A DNA stretch of 32,000 nucleotides. Origin: Dickeya solani IPO 2222 (GTDB taxonomy: Bacteria; Pseudomonadota; Gammaproteobacteria; Enterobacterales; Enterobacteriaceae). The stretch spans positions 2,430,001 through 2,462,000 of the forward strand of contig NZ_CP015137.1 in NCBI RefSeq assembly GCF_001644705.1, read 5' to 3'. Shown piece after piece: positions 24,435 to 32,000 of the stretch. The translations under genes and the position numbers were made by a program. The notes under the pieces were generated by a model that made no database searches, had not been told where the DNA came from, and saw only the letters and a program-made list of their open reading frames with translations. The number at the start of each line of letters is the position of its first letter. Within the stretch, counting starts at the first letter, position 1.

Positions 24435-25529
24435 TCAATGAGACTTGTGTCCGGTATCAAAACGTTTTTCTAAGTGCTGGCTATAGCGCGACATGCTGAA
24501 ACAGAAGATCCAATAGAGGATGGCGGCAAATACATAGCCTTCCGTGGACATTCCCAGCCAGGCCGGATCAACGGTCGCTTGCTGAATGCTGCTGAATAGG
24601 TCGAACAGGCCGATGATGATCACCAGGCTGGTGTCTTTAAACAGCGCGATGATGGTGTTGACCAGCCCGGGTATCACCATCTTCAGCGCCTGAGGCAGAA
24701 TCACCAGCCCTTGCATACGCCAGTAGCCGAGCGCCAGAGATTGGGCCGCTTCATATTGCCCCTTGGGCAGTGCCTGCAGACCGCCGCGGACCACTTCCGC
24801 CACATAGGCGGACTGAAACAGAATCACCCCGACCAGCGCGCGCAGCAGTTTATCGATGTTGGTGCCTTCCGTCAGAAACAGCGGCAGCATGACGGAGGAC
24901 ATGAACAGGACGGTAATCAACGGCACGCCGCGCCAGAACTCAATGAAGATGATGCAGAGCGCCCGCAGCACCGGCATATTGGAGCGGCGCCCCAGTGCCA
25001 GCAGGATCCCCAGCGGCAAGGCGCCGGCGATGCCGATCGCCGCGATGATGATGGTCAGCGTCAGACCGCCCCATTGGCGGGTTTCCACCTGGGTCAGGCC
25101 GCCAAAGCCACCAAACAGCAACCACCAGGCGATCAACGGATAGACCACGCACCAGACGGCGATGTAACGGCCGCGGCGCGGCAGATAGCGCCAGAACATC
25201 GGCAGGATGCTGATCAGCGCCAATACCAGCGCGAAATTGATGCGCCAGAGCTCTTCCCGAGGATATAGCCCGTACATGAACTGCTCGAAACGGGCATGGA
25301 TGAACACCCAGCAGGCGCCGTCGCTGGTGCAATCCGCACGGGTGGATCCGACCCAGTTGGCCTTGATAATGGCCCAGTTCAGCAGCGGCGGGAGCAGCGT
25401 CCACAGTAGCCACAGGCAGACCAGCGTCAGCACACTGTTAGTGATGCTGGAGAACAGGTTGCGTCGCGCCCAGACGATGGCGCGGTTAATGGGCGTCGGG
25501 TTGGATGGTGTGTGTGTAATCATGGTCAT
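24435..25529 (-). CDS. yhdY: Amino-acid ABC transporter permease (YhdY/AapM-like)
   Basis: 364 aa, polytopic, with the EAA-type loop ([25 protein letters not shown]). Gene order and size match E. coli yhdY. Confidence 0.9.
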   Translation of the reverse strand: MTMITHTPSNPTPINRAIVWARRNLFSSITNSVLTLVCLWLLWTLLPPLLNWAIIKANWVGSTRADCTSDGACWVFIHARFEQFMYGLYPREELWRINFALVLALISILPMFWRYLPRRGRYIAVWCVVYPLIAWWLLFGGFGGLTQVETRQWGGLTLTIIIAAIGIAGALPLGILLALGRRSNMPVLRALCIIFIEFWRGVPLITVLFMSSVMLPLFLTEGTNIDKLLRALVGVILFQSAYVAEVVRGGLQALPKGQYEAAQSLALGYWRMQGLVILPQALKMVIPGLVNTIIALFKDTSLVIIIGLFDLFSSIQQATVDPAWLGMSTEGYVFAAILYWIFCFSMSRYSQHLEKRFDTGHKSH

Positions 25530-25538
25530 CCTATTCCT

Positions 25539-26717
25539 TTAACGCTCAATTAAGGCGATTTTCCGGTTATAGATGTTCATCAGTAATGAGATCAGCAGGC
25601 TGATAATCAGGTAGACCGACATGGTGATGGCGATGGTTTCGATAGCCTGCCCGGTCTGGTTCAGCACCGTGCCGGCGAACAGCGACACCATATCTGGATA
25701 ACCGATGGCGGCAGCCAGCGACGAGTTTTTCACCACGTTCAGATACTGGCTGGTCAATGGCGGAATAATCACGCGCAGCGCCTGCGGCAGAATGACCTTA
25801 CGCAGGGTGATCGGCTTGGGCAGGCCCAGCGACAGCGCCGCTTCGTGTTGCCCATAAGAGACGGATTGGATCCCGGAGCGGATGATCTCGGCGATAAAGG
25901 AAGAGGTATACACCGACAATGCCAGCGCCAGCGCCGCCAATTCAGGGATCAGCACCAACCCGCCGCTGAAGTTGAATCCTTTCAGTACCGGGAAATCCCA
26001 ATGCAGCGCCCGGCCGAAAATCAGGTGCGATAAACCCAGCAACACCACGAGCACCGTCAGCGGAATCGGCCAGGATCTGCGCTGTTGACCGGTGAGGGCA
26101 TGGTAGCGCTTATTGCGGCGGAAAATCATGGCGCCAACCACCAGCGCAATGATCAGCGCCAGTATCGAAGGAAGCGCCCCCGGGCCGAACTCGGCGGCCG
26201 GAATGTACAATCCGCGGTTGCTCAGGAAAAAGGTATCGAGCGCGTTTACCGCCTGACGCGGGCCTGGCAGGTTGCGCAATACCGCAAAATACCAGAAGAA
26301 GATCTGCAAGAGCGGCGGAATATTGCGGAATGTTTCGATATAGATGGTGGACAGTTTACGTAACAGCCAGTTGTCGGACAGGCGAGCCAGGCCGACGATA
26401 AACCCCAGCAGCGAGGCGCAGACAATACAAATAGCCGAGACCAGCAGCGTGTTCAGCAAACCGACGACAAAGACGCGGGCGTAGGTATCGCCTTGCTCAT
26501 AGTCAATCAGGTGCTGAACAATACCAAAGCCGGCACTGTTATTCAGAAAGGCGAAACCTGACGTAATCCCGCGCTGCGCCAGATTGGTTACCGTGTTGTG
26601 CAGCAGATAACCGACGGTAGCCACGACGATGACGACCGCCAGGATTTGATACAACCAGGCGCGCACCGCTGGATTAGTCAGTGATAAATCACCTTTCACG
26701 GTTGGGCGTTGCAGCAT
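25539..26717 (-). CDS. yhdX: Amino-acid ABC transporter permease (YhdX/AapQ-like)
   Basis: 392 aa, collinear with E. coli YhdX (TVKGDLSLTNPAVRAWLYQILAVV..., QHEAALSLGLPKPITLRKVILPQALRVIIPPLTSQYLN). Confidence 0.9.
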   Translation of the reverse strand: MLQRPTVKGDLSLTNPAVRAWLYQILAVVIVVATVGYLLHNTVTNLAQRGITSGFAFLNNSAGFGIVQHLIDYEQGDTYARVFVVGLLNTLLVSAICIVCASLLGFIVGLARLSDNWLLRKLSTIYIETFRNIPPLLQIFFWYFAVLRNLPGPRQAVNALDTFFLSNRGLYIPAAEFGPGALPSILALIIALVVGAMIFRRNKRYHALTGQQRRSWPIPLTVLVVLLGLSHLIFGRALHWDFPVLKGFNFSGGLVLIPELAALALALSVYTSSFIAEIIRSGIQSVSYGQHEAALSLGLPKPITLRKVILPQALRVIIPPLTSQYLNVVKNSSLAAAIGYPDMVSLFAGTVLNQTGQAIETIAITMSVYLIISLLISLLMNIYNRKIALIER

Positions 26718-26732
26718 GTTGGAGCCTCAGTG

Positions 26733-26772
26733 ACAGATAAAGCAAGGGCACGGCTGGTTCGCAGCACGTGCC
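26733..26772 (-). terminator. Intercistronic hairpin (attenuator or mRNA-stabiliser) between the binding-protein and permease genes
   Basis: The minus strand reads GGGCACG-N14-CGTGCCC followed by TTGCTTTATCTG. It lies in the 72-nt gap between yhdW and yhdX. Confidence 0.5.
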
Positions 26773-26789
26773 CGGTTTTACATCAGAAA

Positions 26790-27821
26790 TCAGCGAATGG
26801 CAGGGGCGTACTGGATGCCGCCTTTGTTCCACAGTTCGTTCAGGCCACGTTTGATTTTCAGCTCACTGCCTTGACCCACGTTGCGCTCAAACACTTCGCC
26901 GTAGTTACCCACCTGTTTGACGATTTTGTACGCCCAGTCGGCCGGCAGTTTCAGGTCTTTGCCGTAGTTGCCTTCTTTGCCCAGCAGGTGCGACATGTCC
27001 GGGGTAGTCGGTTTGGCGGCCATCTGGTCGACGTTCTGAGAGGTGATGCCCATCTCTTCGGCATTCAGCATGGCGAACAGCGTCCAGCGGACAATCGCGT
27101 ACCAGTCTTCGTCACCGCGACGTACTACCGGTCCCAGCGGTTCTTTGGAGATCACTTCCGGCAGTACCACGAAGTCAGCCGGTTTGCCCAGTTTGATACG
27201 CAGGGCGTACAACTGAGACTGGTCGGAAGCCAGCGTATCGCAGCGGCCGGAATCCAGCGCTTTGGCGCTTTCGTCAGAGCGGTCGAAGGTCACCGGAGTG
27301 TATTTCATGTTGTGGGTTTTGAAGTAGTCGGCCACGTTCAGTTCGGTGTCGGTGCCGGCCTGGATACAAACGGTTGCGCCGTCCAGCTCTTTGGCGCTTT
27401 TCAGTCCGGCTTTGTTATGGGTCAGGAAGCCGATACCGTCGTAGTAGGTCACGCCGGTGAACAGCAGGCCCATGCCGCCGTCACGGGAGGAGGTCCAGGT
27501 GGTATTGCGGGACAGCAAATCCACTTCGCCGGACTGCAGGGCGGTGAAACGCTCTTTGGCGGTCAGCGGGGTGAATTTGACTTTATTGGCATCGCCAAAA
27601 ATGGCCGCAGCGACACCGCGGCAGACGTCAACGTCGATACCGGAGTATTTGCCGTTGGCATCGGCATACGAGAAACCAGGAAGTCCATCGCTGATACCGC
27701 ACTGCACGAACCCTTTCTTCTGAATTGCATCAAGAGTTGCGCCTGCGTGTGCCTGGTTGATGAAGGCAAACAGTGAAGCGCTGGCGACCAGCGTGGACAT
27801 AATCACTTTTTTCATAATCAT
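26790..27821 (-). CDS. yhdW: Periplasmic general amino-acid binding protein (YhdW/AapJ-like)
   Basis: 343 aa with the signal peptide MIMKKVIMSTLVASASLFAFINQAHA/GA. It is a family-3 SBP whose size and position match E. coli yhdW. Confidence 0.9.
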   Translation of the reverse strand: MIMKKVIMSTLVASASLFAFINQAHAGATLDAIQKKGFVQCGISDGLPGFSYADANGKYSGIDVDVCRGVAAAIFGDANKVKFTPLTAKERFTALQSGEVDLLSRNTTWTSSRDGGMGLLFTGVTYYDGIGFLTHNKAGLKSAKELDGATVCIQAGTDTELNVADYFKTHNMKYTPVTFDRSDESAKALDSGRCDTLASDQSQLYALRIKLGKPADFVVLPEVISKEPLGPVVRRGDEDWYAIVRWTLFAMLNAEEMGITSQNVDQMAAKPTTPDMSHLLGKEGNYGKDLKLPADWAYKIVKQVGNYGEVFERNVGQGSELKIKRGLNELWNKGGIQYAPAIR

Positions 27822-27932
27822 CGTATGTGCCTAATGTAATAGTAATGTGCTGTTGTGTTTTGGCGCAGTCATGGCTGCGCCTGCTCTGTCTGTCGGCGTT
27901 GTGTCCCGGAAACGGGGCCGTCGTTATCAGAA

Positions 27933-27949
27933 AGCAAAAACGATGCCAG
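27933..27949 (-). promoter_or_regulatory. Sigma-54 (-24/-12) promoter of the yhdWXYZ-like operon
   Basis: The minus strand reads CTGGCATCGTTTTTGCT, which is TGGCAT-N5-TTGCT against the consensus TGGCAC-N5-TTGCW. It lies about 110 nt upstream of the yhdW start. Confidence 0.78.
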
Positions 27950-28044
27950 CTTGTAATCACAGTCATACAGTCAGGAAACTAAATCGTATCAGTGGCGAAC
28001 CGTGATAAATCGGGGCTATGGAGGGATAAATGAAAGGCATAGGG

Positions 28045-28061
28045 TGCACCAAAATGGATGA
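28045..28061. promoter_or_regulatory. NtrC-like enhancer site A
   Basis: TGCACCAAAATGGATGA against the consensus TGCACCA-N3-TGGTGCA. The left half is 7/7 and the right half 4/7. Its centre is about 130 bp upstream of the predicted sigma-54 transcription start. Confidence 0.6.
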
Positions 28062-28074
28062 ATTGTGCTGTGGG

Positions 28075-28091
28075 CGATCCAATTTGGTGCA
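28075..28091. promoter_or_regulatory. NtrC-like enhancer site B
   Basis: CGATCCAATTTGGTGCA. The right half is 7/7 and the left half 4/7. Its centre is 30 bp (about three helical turns) from site A. Confidence 0.6.
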
Positions 28092-28111
28092 ACTTGCGTA
28101 AAAACCGGGGG

Positions 28112-28807
28112 TTAGCGTACTAATGCTGCCTCAAGGAGAGCAATGGCCAGCGGCGGCGCTATCTCTTTTAGTGCAGCGCGTTCTGGCTGAAACAAGGTGC
28201 CGACAAAAAACGGATGGTCGGTGAGTTCGACGGCGCGAATATCGCCGTTGTCATCCACGCCAGATACGCGTACACCGGCGGCGGTGAACGCATCCCGAAA
28301 CGCTTCGTTGATGCCGTAGCGGCAGCGGTAGCCTTCGGTGATCGCGTCGCGACCGTAAGCGCGGCCGATGCGTGAATCGGGAGACAGGCGAATATCGCCC
28401 TGTTTTTCCACCATTTCACATTGCAATGGCGCAATCACCGCACGACCTTCCGGGGTGACTTCCGCATTATTGGCGTCATGCCAGCCCAGTACATGGCGAG
28501 CGTATTCGAGCAGCGCATACTGACAACCCCCGCAGGTGCCCAGAAAAGGGATATGCGTTTCGCGGGCAAAACGGATGGCCTGCAGGATATTGTCATCGTG
28601 ACGGTACGGGCTGGCGGGAACGCACCAGACGGCATCGAAAGCGTCAAGCTGGCTGGCCGGCGACAGCCGTTCGCTGTCGATCCAGTGGTACTGAACAGTG
28701 AGGCCAAGCTGATGGGCGGCAAGGTCGAGAGCGGGCGGGATAGCCTGATGGGCGGTGACGGCAGGGGTGTAGTCACCTATCAGCGCGATTCTGGCAATCT
28801 GTTTCAT
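28112..28807 (-). CDS. Stand-alone homologue of the CTP-synthase C-terminal (class-I glutamine amidotransferase) domain with an atypical active site
   Basis: 231 aa, collinear with E. coli PyrG residues from about 290 to the end. Aligned blocks (window vs PyrG) are IALIGDY vs [28 protein letters not shown] vs [29 protein letters not shown] vs HRHRYEVN, and [16 protein letters not shown] vs EVPNHPWFVACQFHPE. GGAG lies 7 nt upstream of the ATG at 28807. Confidence 0.85.
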   Translation of the reverse strand: [231 protein letters not shown]

Positions 28808-28926
28808 GACATTCTCCGGCTGGTAAAGCCAAAGGCTACGGTAAACCGGGGTTCATGTCGAGATCACTAATCTGATGGCGGATGATGATGAAGGCAGACC
28901 CGTTGAACCGGCCTGCCCGTCGCTTA

Positions 28927-29592
28927 TCAATGCACGATGTGGCGTTGGTAGTATTTTTCCAGCCGCGTCTGCAGTTTGCTCAGCACGGTGCTGAACAGCA
29001 GATAGATGAGTGCGGCTTCGATATAGAGAATCAGCGGCTCGTAGGTCACCGACACGATACGCTGCGCGGCCAGAAACATTTCAGGCACCGTGATCACGGC
29101 GGCCAGCGAGGTGTCCTTGACCAGCGAAATAAAGGTATTAGCCAGCGGCGGCAGCGACACGAATACCGACTGCGGCACGATCACCCAGCGGATGGCCTGT
29201 GCGCCGCTCATGCCGAGTGAATAGGCGGCGTTCCACTGTCCTTTGGGGACGGAAAGGATCGCGCCGCGCACGATTTCCGAGCTGTAGGCGCCGACGTTAA
29301 GGCTGAAACCAATCAGCGCTGCGGGAAAGGCGTCCAGCGTGATGCCGGCGTTGGGTAAGCCATAGAAAATCAGGAACAGCTGGACCAGTAGCGGCGTGCC
29401 GCGAATCACCCACACATAAAAGTCGCAAATCCGCTTGAGCGGTTTCGGGCCGTACAGGCGCAGCAAGGCGACCAGCACACCGATCATCAACCCGAGGACA
29501 AAGGAAAGAATCGCGAGAGGAACGGTGAATGTCAGCCCAGCAGAAAGCAGACTCCAGAAGGAGTCTGCCATGAGTTGTAGCCATGATGGCAT
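28927..29592 (-). CDS. Polar amino-acid ABC transporter permease (TcyL/YecS-like)
   Basis: 221 aa with the His/Glu/Gln/Arg/opine-family permease signature (VIRGTPLLVQLFLIFYGLP; GQWNAAYSLGMSGAQAIRWVIVPQS; LVKDTSLA). Collinear with E. coli YecS. Confidence 0.9.
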   Translation of the reverse strand: MPSWLQLMADSFWSLLSAGLTFTVPLAILSFVLGLMIGVLVALLRLYGPKPLKRICDFYVWVIRGTPLLVQLFLIFYGLPNAGITLDAFPAALIGFSLNVGAYSSEIVRGAILSVPKGQWNAAYSLGMSGAQAIRWVIVPQSVFVSLPPLANTFISLVKDTSLAAVITVPEMFLAAQRIVSVTYEPLILYIEAALIYLLFSTVLSKLQTRLEKYYQRHIVH

Positions 29593-29617
29593 CTAAAATA
29601 ACTCCGATATCAATGCA

Positions 29618-30391
29618 TTATTTGGAAACGTCTTGTCCAAAGTATCGCACAGAAATCGTCTTATAGGTGCCGTCAGCTTTGATTTGATCCAACGCGTTGT
29701 TCAGCGCGTCCACCAGTTGCGGTTGGTTTTTGCGTACCAGAATGGCGGACGGATCGCCGCTTTCGGCGGTGGCAGCCACTTTCACGTTGGCGTCCGGTTT
29801 GTGTTTTTTGAAGTCCAGGAATGACAGGTTATCGTTCAGGGTAGCTTCGGCGCGGCCGCTCAGCACCAGCTCCAGCGACTGGTTGAAGCCGTCGGTCGGC
29901 ACGATTTCCGCACCGTAGCTGGTCGCCAGCTTGGAATAATTGCTGGTCAGGCTCTGGGCGGATTTGTGGCCTTTCAGATCGTTGAACGATTTGATGCGGG
30001 TGTTATCGCCCCGCACGATCAGCACGGATTTGGCGTCGATATACGGTTTGGTGAAGTCATACTTCACCTGACGTTCTTTGGTTACGCCCACCTGGTTAAT
30101 CACGGCGTCATAGCGTTTGGCGTCCACGCCGGCAATCAGCCCGTCCCAGCGGCCCTCGACGAATTCAGCTTTTACGCCCAGTTTTTCCGCCACGGCGCGG
30201 CCGACATCCACATCGAAACCGACCAGTTTGCCGGAAGCATCATGGTAGGTGTAAGGCGCATACGTGCCCTCGGTACCAAATTTAATCACACCCGCGGCCT
30301 TGATGGCGCTGAGATCGTCCTGAGCCTGTGCCAGCGCGCTGGTAACCAGTAAGGCGCCGGTAAGTAATGCTAAGCGAGATTTTTTCATCAT
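29618..30391 (-). CDS. Periplasmic polar amino-acid (cystine-type) binding protein
   Basis: 257 aa with the signal peptide MMKKSRLALLTGALLVTSALAQA/QD. It is a family-3 SBP collinear with E. coli FliY/TcyJ (GTEGTYAPYTY...GFDVDVGRAVAEKLGV...WDGLIAG...YDAVINQV). Confidence 0.9.
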   Translation of the reverse strand: MMKKSRLALLTGALLVTSALAQAQDDLSAIKAAGVIKFGTEGTYAPYTYHDASGKLVGFDVDVGRAVAEKLGVKAEFVEGRWDGLIAGVDAKRYDAVINQVGVTKERQVKYDFTKPYIDAKSVLIVRGDNTRIKSFNDLKGHKSAQSLTSNYSKLATSYGAEIVPTDGFNQSLELVLSGRAEATLNDNLSFLDFKKHKPDANVKVAATAESGDPSAILVRKNQPQLVDALNNALDQIKADGTYKTISVRYFGQDVSK

Positions 30392-30439
30392 AGTTCCTGC
30401 CAGGTATGGCTATTGTCGTTGTAAGTCAGAAATGCTGCG

Positions 30440-30468
30440 AATTTACGTGATGTCATGATGTTTGCCAA
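30440..30468 (-). promoter_or_regulatory. Candidate sigma-70 promoter of the binding-protein/permease operon
   Basis: The minus strand reads TTGGCA-N17-TAAATT, about 50 nt upstream of the ATG at 30391. Motif match only. Confidence 0.4.
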
Positions 30469-30634
30469 GTACATAAAGACATGGCTTATATCTGCTATGA
30501 ATATAGTGAGCGCCGGTATTTTTTACCACTGAGGACCGCGGATTAGCATCGCGAGGAAGGCGTGATATACGGTGGTAACAATCGGTCGCCAGACTTGTTC
30601 TTTCCCGCCGTAGTCTGTTGCCTGAGGAGGCGCT

Positions 30635-31777
30635 ATGAAGCTCAGACTTGCCAGCTATAACGTTGAAAACCTGTTTCACCGTACCGCTATTCTCAACCTG
30701 CCCGACCCGCAGCAAAGCAGTGAATTGCTGGAAAAAGTACGCCAGTTGCAAACGCTGCTGGATGCCGATAAGTATGACGACGCCCTGAAAGACCGGGTCT
30801 TTAGCCTGACCAGCAATCTCCAGCCCTACGTTGACCTTCGCGTCGATGGCGGATCGCTCGGCAGTTGGAAAAACGAGGCGGGCAAGACCGGATTCCGGAT
30901 TAACAAGAGCTGCCAGGGGCGAGGTGACTGGCTGGGCGAGCTGGTTTTTCGTGCCGAAGCGTTCGGCGATCAACAGCGAAAAAATACCGGGCTGGTCATC
31001 AAGGCGCTGAATGCCGATATCCTGTGCGCGGCGGAAGTAGAAAACATGGCGGTGCTGCGTGATTTCAACCAGCAGATTCTGGCGGATCAGGCATTCGCTC
31101 AGTATGTCATGATCGACAGCCCGAACGATCCACGCGGCATTGATGTCGCCTGTCTGACACGTCATCGTATTACCCAACTGCGTACCCATATCTTTGACGC
31201 CAGCGCGTCGTTCAAACCGCTGTTCAGCCGCGATTGTCTGGAAGTGACGATAGATGTCGGCCTGCCGCAGCCGGTGCATGTGTTGTGTAATCACTTCAAA
31301 AGCCAGAACGGCCGTAATGATGACGAGCGCGAACGCGCGGCCAAACGGCGGCACGCGCAGGCGGAGCGGGTGGCCGAAATTGCCCGCGGATACAATCTGC
31401 AGCAGGAGTATGTGGTGGTGATGGGCGACCTGAACGAGGATGTCGCTAATCCTTGGCACAGCCTGGCGCCGTTGTTTTCCGTGCCGGATTTGCACCCGGC
31501 GATCGATCCTTCCCTGCCGGAAACGGCGCGTTATACCTATTACTTCTCCGGTGGTAAGGCCGGGGAACGGCTGAACCAACTGGACTATATTTTCATTTCC
31601 ACGCCGTTGCATCAGGCGAAGGTCACCTGCGGCATTGAGCGGCGCGGCATCTACAACATTGACAAGATCACCGCGAAAGAAGGCGCGGAGCCGGTGACGC
31701 CGTTCCCGACCGTCACCTCCTGGGATACCGCGGCTTCGGATCACGCTGCCGTGTGGGTCGAGTTGGATATCCGCTGA
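30635..31777 (+). CDS. Cytoplasmic endonuclease/exonuclease/phosphatase (EEP) family protein
   Basis: 380 aa with no signal peptide. It has a complete EEP motif set: SYNVENLF, ILCAAEVEN, LCNHFKS, VVVMGDLNED, LDYIFIS and SDHAAVWVELD. GAGGAGG SD lies upstream. Confidence 0.85.
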   Translation: MKLRLASYNVENLFHRTAILNLPDPQQSSELLEKVRQLQTLLDADKYDDALKDRVFSLTSNLQPYVDLRVDGGSLGSWKNEAGKTGFRINKSCQGRGDWLGELVFRAEAFGDQQRKNTGLVIKALNADILCAAEVENMAVLRDFNQQILADQAFAQYVMIDSPNDPRGIDVACLTRHRITQLRTHIFDASASFKPLFSRDCLEVTIDVGLPQPVHVLCNHFKSQNGRNDDERERAAKRRHAQAERVAEIARGYNLQQEYVVVMGDLNEDVANPWHSLAPLFSVPDLHPAIDPSLPETARYTYYFSGGKAGERLNQLDYIFISTPLHQAKVTCGIERRGIYNIDKITAKEGAEPVTPFPTVTSWDTAASDHAAVWVELDIR

Positions 31778-31824
31778 GCCTGCCCGGCATGCTGTGGCGG
31801 CGGTGAGGAAACTGCACCGGTGTG

Positions 31825-31856
31825 AACGAGGCGGATAACCCGCCTCGTTTTACTTT
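31825..31856 (+). terminator. Rho-independent terminator after the EEP gene
   Basis: AACGAGGCGG-ATAAC-CCGCCTCGTT followed by TTTACTTT. Confidence 0.8.
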
Positions 31857-32000
31857 AGTGGGTAAGGCGTGCAGAGGAACCTGCATGTGAACCCATGATT
31901 TCCATTCATAAGCACAAGCGTTTTCTCTCTATAGTATTCATCCCGGCAACTGCTTAAATTATCGACCACAAGACTATGATGGAGAAGAGATGATGTCGCA

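Noticed and set aside
27730-27966. A 78-aa minus-strand ORF overlapping the yhdW start and the sigma-54 promoter.
   Set aside because: It is out of frame with yhdW and would begin upstream of the predicted transcription start. It has no SD and an odd composition.
28808-28926. An ATPase pseudogene remnant in the gap between the permease and the PyrG-like gene.
   Set aside because: The gap is only 119 nt and shows no Walker or signature-motif remnants in any frame. It holds only an imperfect hairpin.
30443-31744. A 433-aa minus-strand ORF antisense to the EEP gene and extending into the intergenic region.
   Set aside because: It is in exact codon register with the sense gene, so each antisense codon is the reverse complement of a sense codon. 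It stays open only because the sense gene avoids TTA, CTA and TCA. Its translation is Arg/Gln/His-rich and low in complexity, with no motifs, SD or signal. The plus-strand gene has a full EEP motif set.
31976-32000. A possible gene start (GGAGAAGAG then ATGATGTCGCA) at the window end.
   Set aside because: Only about 3 codons are visible, so it cannot be supported.

Overview
The window is a chromosomal segment from an Enterobacterales genome. Gene content and GC suggest a Pectobacteriaceae or Dickeya-like organism, but that is inference only. Most of it is conserved housekeeping sequence.

Core genes, in order:
- The complete thiCEFSGH operon on the minus strand, with a clear TPP riboswitch.
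- rsd, nudC, hemE, nfi, yjaG, hupA, yjaH and purHD. A PurR box lies upstream of purHD.
- One complete rRNA operon (16S, tRNA-Glu(UUC), 23S, 5S) with P1/P2 promoters, boxA elements and a terminator.
- A yhdWXYZ/aapJQMP-type general amino-acid ABC importer. It is preceded by a near-consensus sigma-54 promoter and two NtrC-like enhancer sites.

Three less ordinary segments:
1. **1-3754.** A CusRS/HprRS-type two-component system is transcribed divergently from a three-gene operon. That operon encodes a secreted beta-rich protein, a b-type cytochrome and a putative exported Mo-oxidoreductase that is cut by the window edge. A perfect 22-bp palindrome with an ATGACA-N4-TGTCAT core sits between the two units. 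This is the best candidate for an under-described system, possibly an analogue of HprRS-MsrPQ.
2. **28112-30391.** A binding-protein plus permease operon has no ATPase gene. It ends in a stand-alone homologue of the CTP-synthase glutaminase domain. That protein keeps the nucleophile Cys but has QPE in place of the catalytic HPE and lacks the GGFG motif.
3. **30635-31777.** A cytoplasmic EEP-family nuclease/phosphatase gene, transcribed divergently from the operon in item 2.

I saw no CRISPR array, IS element, integrase or recognisable defence system. The many long antisense ORFs in the track are codon-register shadow ORFs of GC-rich genes. No search or alignment could be run, so all family calls rest on reading the translations and on remembered E. 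coli homologues.
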